A stretch of 64,000 nt of DNA from Pseudomonadaceae bacterium (GTDB taxonomy: Bacteria > Pseudomonadota > Gammaproteobacteria > Pseudomonadales > Azotimanducaceae). Position 1 is the stretch's first letter. Every line of letters begins with the position of its first letter. A program made the position numbers and the translations under genes. Under the pieces are notes generated by a model. The model was not told the DNA's origin. It ran no database searches and saw only the letters and a list, made by a program, of their open reading frames with translations. The stretch lies in assembly GCA_024743175.1 (NCBI GenBank), contig JANSXA010000001.1:521656-585655 (forward strand), in the 5' to 3' direction. Below are positions 19,921 through 27,688 of the stretch, in pieces.

Positions 19921-21090
19921 TTAAGCCCTCAGTGCTGCGGCCATTGCAGGGAATCCGCCTACCGGTACTGCTTGGTCTGCGAAACCCCCGGCAGCGGAAA
20001 CAGAAAGATCGCCTTCGGTGTACGGGCTGCTGCCGCCGTCAATGTACTGCGGGTCTGCGGTGATATCGTCGACGAAGTCGTAAGGCGTACCAGCAGGTGA
20101 CACGTTGAGGGGTGAGCCAGTTACCCGCGGGGCTACGCCGCCGAGCGTATTGGTCTCGTTCAGCGGGTTGAATGCGCAGCGGATAGCCATAAGAGGGCGA
20201 CCGCTCGGTTCCCTACTGCCGTTCACGCCGTACCCGCCGTTGTTGGTAGCTACACAGTGCAGCATGATTCCGTTGTTCAGCGAGGCATCGCCGGGGACCA
20301 TATCGAAACCGTCCGTCGCATTACCGTGTGCGGTGCAGTTGATTAGGCGCGAATGAAGCGGTCCTGAGTTGTTGGACTGTTCCGCGAACCCTGCGCGACC
20401 GTTGTATGCCGAAACGCAACCGATCAAAGAAATATGGGCGTCGTTGCCGGTGATACGAAAGCCGTCGCCTGTCCCTTCTGGGGAGATACTAGCCGTGCCA
20501 TTTTCAAGCGCGACCGAGTTAATGCAGGTGTCGCCCGGTTGGAGATTAAACCCGATGTCGATGCACTTCTCAGCACGACAGCCGATATAGGTGTTGTAAG
20601 AAAGAGTTGACGGGACGCTATCGAAGCCGGTTCCCCAGCCATAAGCACCGCAGTTCACGAATACACTGTACTGTGCCCCGACTAAATCGAAACCAGCTTC
20701 GGCATTATCGCCTTGCTCGAAAATAGTGACGACATTTTGCACAAACCAGTAGTCGCCATTGAACTCTAGACCGGTAGCACTCGGGCCAACGTCGGGGGAA
20801 GCCGTTTTTCGAAAGGTAATAACACCGCCGTCGCCCACGACGGAGCCGTAGCCGATTAGCTTGCAGAAGCCTTCGCCGGGTGTGCCGCGACCGCTAATTG
20901 TCCATTGACTGCCGCCTTGCGGCGAAATGTCGAGCGAGTTCATAGAGTAGTCGCCGTCTGCATTGGTGGCGTAGACGGTGTCTGCATTGAACGTGGTGTT
21001 TCTAATCAGTTGGTGTAGCGCGATTGCGTTCGCTTCTGAAGAGCCGTCGCCTAAACCCTTTGATGCTGGTGCGGCATAATATGTAGCCAT
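19921..21090 (-). CDS. Right-handed parallel beta-helix (pectin-lyase-like) protein
   Basis: N-terminal YY..P...G.GDGSS.ANA motif; Cys/Asn ladder repeats GCVSAYNGRAGF, NCTAHGNATDGF, HCVATNNGGYGV; C-terminal DPQYID; GGAG RBS. Confidence 0.8.
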   Translation of the reverse strand: MATYYAAPASKGLGDGSSEANAIALHQLIRNTTFNADTVYATNADGDYSMNSLDISPQGGSQWTISGRGTPGEGFCKLIGYGSVVGDGGVITFRKTASPDVGPSATGLEFNGDYWFVQNVVTIFEQGDNAEAGFDLVGAQYSVFVNCGAYGWGTGFDSVPSTLSYNTYIGCRAEKCIDIGFNLQPGDTCINSVALENGTASISPEGTGDGFRITGNDAHISLIGCVSAYNGRAGFAEQSNNSGPLHSRLINCTAHGNATDGFDMVPGDASLNNGIMLHCVATNNGGYGVNGSREPSGRPLMAIRCAFNPLNETNTLGGVAPRVTGSPLNVSPAGTPYDFVDDITADPQYIDGGSSPYTEGDLSVSAAGGFADQAVPVGGFPAMAAALRA

Positions 21091-21113
21091 GTGTCTACTC
21101 CTTTGTTATGGAG

Positions 21114-21140
21114 AAAAAAGAAGGGGCTCCGAAGAGCCCC
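21114..21140 (-). terminator. Intrinsic terminator GGGGCTC-TTCG-GAGCCCC-TTCTTTTTT after the major capsid gene
   Basis: 7-bp GC stem, UUCG tetraloop and U-tract read directly. Confidence 0.9.
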
Positions 21141-21151
21141 AAACCCCATAC

Positions 21152-22183
21152 TTAGAGAGACTGTATTGCTACAGCGCCCGTGTTTTTCAGTTGAAGCACA
21201 CGGTCCCAGTTGGTGCCTGTGCCGAGCACAGTGTCAGTCGGGTTAATGCCGCCGTTAGCGAGGTCATAGGAGTAACCCATCAAGCCAACATCGAATGCAC
21301 CAGTCGTGTTCTGGATAGAAAACTGAACGTTGTCATTCCCATGCACGGTCTGAAAATCAATATCGAAGGCTTCGCTTTCGGTAATGGTCACAGCGCCAGG
21401 CTTCAAGCCGAGCGTTACATACTCGCTCAATTCGCCGGGGCTGGAAGTGTTAACCAGTGCAGCGGAGTCGCTAACGATCACAGGAATGCCGAGCGTTTCG
21501 GGTCGGCCAGTCTGGACGTTGAAAGAACTCAAGCCGTCGATGTTTGCGGTGATCTGGGACTTAACCAAATCGAACCACACTTTCGAGTGCATCACCCAAC
21601 AAGCAACTTGTGACGCTTGGTCACCAAATTGTGCAAGCGTATCAACCAAGTCGTTAGACGTGATTGTGCGTTGCGGGGATACCGCGCCGCCGATGTCGAT
21701 GTTGAGAGAAGCCTGATTCATGGTTGCTGCAACCAAGGCAGTCAGCGCACGGTCGAGCTTGTAGATCGCTCGGTCTTTGGCGATCTCTTCAGCAAGCAGT
21801 GCAGTAACGTCTGCGGGCACGGTCCCAAAAGTTTTAGCCAGTGCGTCAAAGCTATCTTCGACATACAAAGACTCGTTCAACTTCACAGAGATGATTTCCG
21901 AGCGATTCAGCCGCGTAGGTGTGATCGGCTGGTTACCCGGTGAGGCAGAACCTACCTGTCGACGGGAAATTAAGCCGCCGTGATTGATAAACTGTGCAGA
22001 TGCCGCGTAGTCCCCGGGGTGAATGCTGCTGGTTAAAACCATCCCGCCGTTGCTTGCGGCGTTGAATGCGTTTGAAACCTGCGGGGTCAGTTCGGTGATT
22101 GCAGTTGATAAAAGGTCTGGGTACAGCAAGCCGGAAACCGACAAGTGACCAGTTGAACGAAAGTTTTGTGAGCCTGAACTCAT
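21152..22183 (-). CDS. Major capsid protein (siphovirus Gp13-like type)
   Basis: AFNAASNGG.VL...GD, AKFGD-like AQFGD, LGIPVIVSD and GL.GYSYD.ANGG.NPTD..L.TG.NWD motifs resemble this capsid family as recalled. Confidence 0.85.
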   Translation of the reverse strand: MSSGSQNFRSTGHLSVSGLLYPDLLSTAITELTPQVSNAFNAASNGGMVLTSSIHPGDYAASAQFINHGGLISRRQVGSASPGNQPITPTRLNRSEIISVKLNESLYVEDSFDALAKTFGTVPADVTALLAEEIAKDRAIYKLDRALTALVAATMNQASLNIDIGGAVSPQRTITSNDLVDTLAQFGDQASQVACWVMHSKVWFDLVKSQITANIDGLSSFNVQTGRPETLGIPVIVSDSAALVNTSSPGELSEYVTLGLKPGAVTITESEAFDIDFQTVHGNDNVQFSIQNTTGAFDVGLMGYSYDLANGGINPTDTVLGTGTNWDRVLQLKNTGAVAIQSL

Positions 22184-22297
22184 AACGTGATACTCCGTAT
22201 TTGAAAGTTAATTGCTAACCTTCCCGAGCATCGCGCCGTGCACAGGTCGACTGTGCGGAATGGGAAAGCCTGTATTTTCATACAGTGAGAAAAAATG

Positions 22298-23698
22298 TCA
22301 AGGGTTATTTTCCTCGTCGAAGACTGACTGCCCACCTGCGACCGGGTTTTCGATCTCAGCGAGCGACAGCTCTTCTATTACATCAAGGTCGTCGGGTAAT
22401 AAGTTCCGACGCTTGGCTTCGCGCAACAGTGATGCCCGGGTCAACGCACCAATAGCGTTCAATTCGAGCAAATCTCTCATTTCTGAATCGGCCAGGGCCA
22501 GGGACGCAAAATCTTCGAAAACGTCAACTTGCGCGTCGTCCTGGGGCAAAGCTGTGCCGAGCATGTCGCCAGCGATACGCAGTGCCGCTTCAAGTGCTTG
22601 TTTCAGTTCCCGGGATAACGGGCGCAGGTCGAGCGAGCTTTCGACGTCATCGAGCGCCCTTGCGGTTGCTGTGGCGTTACCCGGACGTCTACCCATTGTC
22701 AGATTCAGGGAGGATGTAGCAATGTGCTGCTCAAGCGCTTCCAGCTCAGTACGTCCAGCCCCTACCCCTTTACCGCTATGCTCGAGGAAAGCAAGCGTGT
22801 CGCCAGCATCCAGCACGGTTAATTGATTAGGTCCAGTCACAATCTGCTTGAACTCGCTTTCACTCTCGCCCGACTCAGTAGTGCGGGTTAGTGTTAATGC
22901 GGGTGCGCGGACTGCGTGCGTTATGTTCTGCTGCTCACTGTTGCTGACCCAGTGCTCAACGTTTAGATGAGCCAGGTCTTCAAGTAGCGGTCTACCACCC
23001 GCAAAGCCAACACCGCGGAACTGGGCACTCACTAAAGGCACGTAATCGAAACCGGTGTCGACATCTTCAATCAACTCAGGTTCGTCGCTGCCTTCCATCT
23101 CTTCATAGATGCGCAGCCGGTTCGGTTCATAAACCCAATACTGACATTTCTTTTTTGTCTCGAAATCGTCGCGCTCGGTCACGTCGAACTGAATCACGGC
23201 GAAGTTATAGACCTCAATGCCGTCGACAATCTGAGTATCCCAATCAAGCAGCTTGCTCGGGTGTATCAGCTTCCAGTAAGGAATTGCTGCCTGCTCGTCT
23301 GCAAGCGTCTCAGCTTCGATGCGCTCCCGGTCTACCAAGATATGCGCAACGCCATAATCGACACCTTGCGTGCACAGGTCACGTGAGAACGCTGCCAGGT
23401 CGTCGCCGGTTCCGGTGACATTGCCTGCAAACTCAATCATGCGGGCGGGGACTTTGTCAGTCGGTGCCGGGGCTCGGGTTAAGAGCTTACCGACAACACG
23501 GTCAGCAGCCTTGCTGTAGAAATTGGTCAGCGTCGCACGCCGTAGCCGCCGGGAATATCCTTCAGCAGATTCGTGCGGGTTTGGTGGTAGGTACTGCTCA
23601 GCGGCGGCACGCATAGCGACAGTGCCGCCGCGCAAGTCATCTGACATCTTCCATAAGGGGGCGAACATTTTGTTCTGCTGGTTCGGTTCAATTTTCAT
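22298..23698 (-). CDS. Phage portal protein (DUF4055 type)
   Basis: GG..AMR.AAE.YLP..P.ES...Y..RL.RA...N, PLLEDLAHLNVEHW..NS.Q.NI.H motifs; ATG 23698 one base after the upstream stop. Confidence 0.88.
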   Translation of the reverse strand: MKIEPNQQNKMFAPLWKMSDDLRGGTVAMRAAAEQYLPPNPHESAEGYSRRLRRATLTNFYSKAADRVVGKLLTRAPAPTDKVPARMIEFAGNVTGTGDDLAAFSRDLCTQGVDYGVAHILVDRERIEAETLADEQAAIPYWKLIHPSKLLDWDTQIVDGIEVYNFAVIQFDVTERDDFETKKKCQYWVYEPNRLRIYEEMEGSDEPELIEDVDTGFDYVPLVSAQFRGVGFAGGRPLLEDLAHLNVEHWVSNSEQQNITHAVRAPALTLTRTTESGESESEFKQIVTGPNQLTVLDAGDTLAFLEHSGKGVGAGRTELEALEQHIATSSLNLTMGRRPGNATATARALDDVESSLDLRPLSRELKQALEAALRIAGDMLGTALPQDDAQVDVFEDFASLALADSEMRDLLELNAIGALTRASLLREAKRRNLLPDDLDVIEELSLAEIENPVAGGQSVFDEENNP

Positions 23699-23699
23699 G

Positions 23700-24293
23700 C
23701 TATGCAGCCTCACTGATTATGCGAATCGCTTCGCGCATTGTTTTACCTTTCCCGATCAGCTCTTTAATTTTCGCTTGCCGTTCCTCGGGTGTTTGGGGTG
23801 CGGTATCGCGCACTTCGGGCTTGCTGGTTTTGCGCGGAGCACCACCACCACCGCCGGGAGACTTGGCATTGAATAACGTGCCGTGATCGCCCGCTTCTTT
23901 GATGCTGTTTAGAGCATCGACGAGGGACAGCGGATGCTCCGCGTCATCGCGTAGAATCTTGCCGTTATCACCTTTCAGCACGTACTCGCCGTCTTCTGTC
24001 TTGGTGATGCGGTCAGCGAAGAACGAACGTGCGTACCGGTTACCACCCGCCGCTTCGAGTGCATCGCGCAAGGCAATGTCTTGCTGTAGGCGAGAGACCT
24101 CTTCGGGCTTGGCTGTGTTCTTCAGCTCTTCACGCAAAGCTTTCACAGTCGAGTGCACCTTTTCCGCACGTTGCTCGCCATAATTGAAAGCCTCTTCATG
24201 AACGAAAAAGTCTTCATCCTTGGGCTGCACGTACTGGGCTTGTTCCTCTTCGGACAGCTCATTAAATTCGTCGGGGTTCAGTTTAATTTTCAC
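23700..24293 (-). CDS. Capsid scaffolding protein (putative)
   Basis: Acidic N-terminus, coiled coil, LF.....GGGG followed by a short C-terminal helix. Confidence 0.65.
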   Translation of the reverse strand: MKIKLNPDEFNELSEEEQAQYVQPKDEDFFVHEEAFNYGEQRAEKVHSTVKALREELKNTAKPEEVSRLQQDIALRDALEAAGGNRYARSFFADRITKTEDGEYVLKGDNGKILRDDAEHPLSLVDALNSIKEAGDHGTLFNAKSPGGGGGAPRKTSKPEVRDTAPQTPEERQAKIKELIGKGKTMREAIRIISEAA

Positions 24294-24861
24294 TTGGGAA
24301 GTTTCCTCTTTCCGTTTGCATAAGTTTCAGCAGCGACTCGTGTGCGCCAATTTGTTGATTGACACGGAAGGCGTTGTCTCGATCTTTGTAGGGGGTCAGC
24401 GTTTCTCGGTAAACGTTCAGCAGGTCGTCAGAAACGCCGGTAATCTCTCGGGGCGTGTGCAGCAAAGCCAGCCCGACGGATTTGTGCGCGTCTGGGTTTG
24501 CGAGCAAGTCCATCTTCCCCGCAGCGGAACTGATCAGGTCTCGGTAGCGTTGCAGCAGCTCACCGCGGTCGAAGTCGGAGATCGGCGGCAACTCTTCACG
24601 TTGCAGATGTTCAGAACTGCGCAGGTTACCGAGTCGTTTTTCAACCGCGGCAATGTCTTCGTCGAGCATAGAGCCAATCTCAATGCCTGCTTCATTAAGC
24701 TGTTTCGCAACGCCCTCTTCGGTAAGGTCGGCATCCTCGGTCAACACAGCGCGCAAGTCGCTGTGTACGTCTAACCGGGTCGTGAGCGTCTGGTACGCTG
24801 GGGTTAAGAATTCATCGTCTGCGAACATGTGCTCGTAAACGATTCGCTGTGCGTTTTTCAT
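24283..24861 (-). CDS. Hypothetical acidic helical protein in the head module
   Basis: 192-aa ORF overlapping both terL and the scaffold gene (translational coupling). Confidence 0.65.
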   Translation of the reverse strand: MKNAQRIVYEHMFADDEFLTPAYQTLTTRLDVHSDLRAVLTEDADLTEEGVAKQLNEAGIEIGSMLDEDIAAVEKRLGNLRSSEHLQREELPPISDFDRGELLQRYRDLISSAAGKMDLLANPDAHKSVGLALLHTPREITGVSDDLLNVYRETLTPYKDRDNAFRVNQQIGAHESLLKLMQTERGNFPSEN

Positions 24862-26258
24862 AAAGCAAATTCCCTTGATCGTCGTTTGACGGGTTTAAAG
24901 TTAACTAGGTAACGGATTCCATCTATCGAATGGTCCGGACCGACTAAATCTTCTCGTCGGGTCTTGTGGTGCTCGACAGTCAATGTCGTATCACGCGCAT
25001 AGTCGCAGTTGGCGGTGTAGTAAAGTGCAGCGCCAGTCGCTTCAGGATTGTTACAGTTGGCAAACCGCTGTCGCATCATTGCCCAGCCGTGCGCCCGGTC
25101 TTGTTTTTGTGACTTACGCAGACTGACGCCGTTAGCGCGAAGTATCGCGCCGGGGCTATCGACGCCCAGGTCGGCAAACGCTGCACTATCAAGCACGCCG
25201 TGTGGTTGTCCGGGTAGCCCCCAATGACGCCACATAGACGTAACATGCTCGGCCACTTTAGCGGCTGGCATTTGGGAGCCCTTGTCTAAATCTTCCGGTA
25301 CAGCGGTATGAAATTCGTCAAAGACCACACTGTCGTTTTCCTTGAAGAACTGGTCTTCATGCATCGTGGGCCGCGTGAAAGTCGCCACCAAAGAAAACGC
25401 AGCCGGTGACGCACTACCCCAGTCCGCACCAATTTCGATCTTTACGTTATTCGGTAATTTCGACCAAGGCTTCAGAACGCAGCGGTCTTCTTCGAACGAC
25501 GATCCAAAGAAAGCACCTACCCGAATATCCCACGCACCGAACTCAAAAGCGTCGGCAAGCTCCGGGTCATCTTTGCGAATCTGGGCAAGCGAAGCACGGT
25601 ACTGATCGTAAATAATAGGGTTGTCTTTCGGGGTAGACGGGTTAAACAACCAAAGCCGCTTGGTGTCTGGGTCGCGGTACTTGACCGGGGGCAAGTTGGG
25701 GAACTCTTTAACAAATCGAGAACGTACGGCGCTGTGACCGATGCCGCCCGGGTTTGCAGTAACAATAAGTCTAAGGGGCACGTGTGCGGGACCAGACAAC
25801 GACGTCGCGATGCGGTCGAACAAAGTAAGGTTCGGCCATTGCTGAATTTCCTCGCACCAGATTAGGGTAAAGCCCGCGCCTTGCACCTTTGTCCATGTAT
25901 CCGCCGTCTCGAACTGCTCCCAACGGACGACAGCGCCATTCTTGAAGCGCGTGCGGCGTTCCTGCTTGTTGTGGGTGAAGGCGTCGGGACCGAGCATCGT
26001 GCGCCAGGTGTCGAAACACTCTTCTTGTAGGGTTGCGATTTCAGACCAGTGACGCCGGTAGATAAGGACATGTGAATCTGGGCCGTAATCAGCGATGTGA
26101 TGACCAGTGATGCCTGCGGAGACCTTAGTTTTCCCGCCCCGGCGACCACCTCCGCTAAAGAGCCCTGTACCGAGACCCGTTTCGTCACGCTCTTCAAACG
26201 TGAGCGCCCGCGCCTGGGGCTCGTTCCATTCGATATGTCCGCGCGTTTCACTCGACAT
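24858..26258 (-). CDS. terL: Terminase large subunit
   Basis: Walker A GGGRRGGKT, Walker B LIWCEE, motif III VTANPGG, nuclease motifs IGADWG and DHSIDGIRY. Confidence 0.93.
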   Translation of the reverse strand: MSSETRGHIEWNEPQARALTFEERDETGLGTGLFSGGGRRGGKTKVSAGITGHHIADYGPDSHVLIYRRHWSEIATLQEECFDTWRTMLGPDAFTHNKQERRTRFKNGAVVRWEQFETADTWTKVQGAGFTLIWCEEIQQWPNLTLFDRIATSLSGPAHVPLRLIVTANPGGIGHSAVRSRFVKEFPNLPPVKYRDPDTKRLWLFNPSTPKDNPIIYDQYRASLAQIRKDDPELADAFEFGAWDIRVGAFFGSSFEEDRCVLKPWSKLPNNVKIEIGADWGSASPAAFSLVATFTRPTMHEDQFFKENDSVVFDEFHTAVPEDLDKGSQMPAAKVAEHVTSMWRHWGLPGQPHGVLDSAAFADLGVDSPGAILRANGVSLRKSQKQDRAHGWAMMRQRFANCNNPEATGAALYYTANCDYARDTTLTVEHHKTRREDLVGPDHSIDGIRYLVNFKPVKRRSREFAL

Positions 26259-26922
26259 CGGTGATGTCCTCGGCAGTCAGGTCGATGACCTTCTCGTCTG
26301 GGGCTTGGGGTTTGGCTATCTGGGGCAGATTGAACGTGTACTCGTGTTTGATGGTGGACTCGTTGCCCTTCTGCAAGATTTCCGGATCGAAAGCCTTAGC
26401 CACGAACTCGGCAGCGCGTGTGTCGCCTTCCATTGCCTTTGTGATCTGGGCAGTAGCAATCTGCTTGATGACGTCGCCGCGTCCGGCTTCAAGTGCCGCC
26501 GCTATGGGCGGGTGCTTCTTGACCCACTTATTGAGCGTAGTCAGTTCGATACCCAGCTCTCGGGCAATGTATTTCATTGAGGGTTGCGCCGCGGCCAGTA
26601 GGCGTAAGCGCTGAAGCCCGTCGGCAGTAAGGGTCTGCACCTCGTTTGCGGCTTTGGGGAGCCACCCGCGGGCCTCTGCTTCGGCACACGCCTCACCCAG
26701 CGCTGTTTGCACTGTGGGCGCGTATATTGCTTCGACTGCGAGCTTCACCCGCAAGGATTTCTTGCGCCATGTGCGCCACGTAGAGGCAGCGACACCAGTG
26801 TGCCGGGTGAGTTCTTGTATGTTGGTGACGTGTTTAGGTCGCTCCTTGATCATTTTAAGGAGCGCACTTTCAGTATGTGCGACGGGCATCGGTCTTATTA
26901 CGGCAGCATCGTGCTGGAACAA
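26248..26922 (-). CDS. Terminase small subunit-like protein with two HTH motifs
   Basis: IQELTRHTGVAASTWRTW and MKYIARELGIELTTLNKW HTHs, then A.EGD..AA.F; overlaps the terL start. Confidence 0.7.
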   Translation of the reverse strand: MFQHDAAVIRPMPVAHTESALLKMIKERPKHVTNIQELTRHTGVAASTWRTWRKKSLRVKLAVEAIYAPTVQTALGEACAEAEARGWLPKAANEVQTLTADGLQRLRLLAAAQPSMKYIARELGIELTTLNKWVKKHPPIAAALEAGRGDVIKQIATAQITKAMEGDTRAAEFVAKAFDPEILQKGNESTIKHEYTFNLPQIAKPQAPDEKVIDLTAEDITDVE

Positions 26923-27081
26923 AGAACTGTATAGATGTCCAGCAAAATAGGGAAGATACCTTGTTTTACAACGACTTACAGCGACTTACTGGGACAACTA
27001 AGGGTGTGCGGTATGCTGGCAAAGGCTGGTAGCACCCGGGATAATGATCCCCGTCACCAGCCAGCCAGCCGATGACAAACG

Positions 27082-27174
27082 AAAAGCCCCGAGAGGTTTC
27101 TCCTTGCCTCCCGGGGCTTTTTTGTGGGCGTATAGAAAGAAGCCCCGGCAAAACCCTCATTGAGCCGGGGCTTC
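27082..27174. terminator. Two tandem GC-rich hairpins (27082-27123 bidirectional terminator-like; 27139-27174) between the early and late operons
   Basis: AAAAGCCCCG...CGGGGCTTTT and GAAGCCCCGG...CCGGGGCTTC. Confidence 0.7.
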
Positions 27175-27479
27175 CCAGTGCTCTTGGCGGGGAGCACTGT
27201 GTTGTGGCGATGGAAAGTCCCACTACAGAAAACCATCACCGCGAAGCCATGATACCGAACGCCTGCACGGTGAACACAAAAGCCTATTCACTATTTCGTC
27301 TATTTCGTAAAACGAAAAATAATTTCGCCTGTATCAACCCCTTTTGCTTAGGCACTGCTTAGATTTATTCATAAACCCTATTGCAGCGGGCATTTCTACC
27401 AGTTCAATCGACTGGTGAGCGATGAATCGAGCCCACGGGGAGCGTGAGACAACCTAACCCGCTACTCCCCCCAAAGTAA

Positions 27480-27680
27480 GAAAAACCATAATTCCAGAAT
27501 TCCAGAGTAATTTAGGGGGTCTCTATATATATATGTGTAAATCAGGGGCAAAAGTAGGGTGAAAACAGTCAAAAAGAGAGAGTCTTAGTAAAATATAGAT
27601 ACATACATACATTACTCTGTAATAACTGTTTATCCCTACAAAAACCCTTGTAAATCAATAACTTATAATTCCAGAAGACT
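27480..27680. promoter_or_regulatory. Putative replication origin of the element
   Basis: AATTCCAG at 27490, 27498 and 27667; inverted CAGAGTAAT (27503)/ATTACTCTG (27611) around an AT-rich core with a (TA)n run; exact IHF consensus AATCAATAACTTA at 27653-27665; directly downstream of the primase-helicase. Confidence 0.6.
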
Positions 27681-27688
27681 TTTCGGGT

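Noticed and set aside
19638-20063. Arg/His-rich ORFs in other frames over the Ser-Pro repeat
   Set aside because: Shadows of the proline-codon-rich repeat; no RBS or domain features.
27072-27362. 96-aa plus-strand ORF in the terS-primase spacer
   Set aside because: It runs across terminator hairpins, antisense to the element, with no recognisable features.
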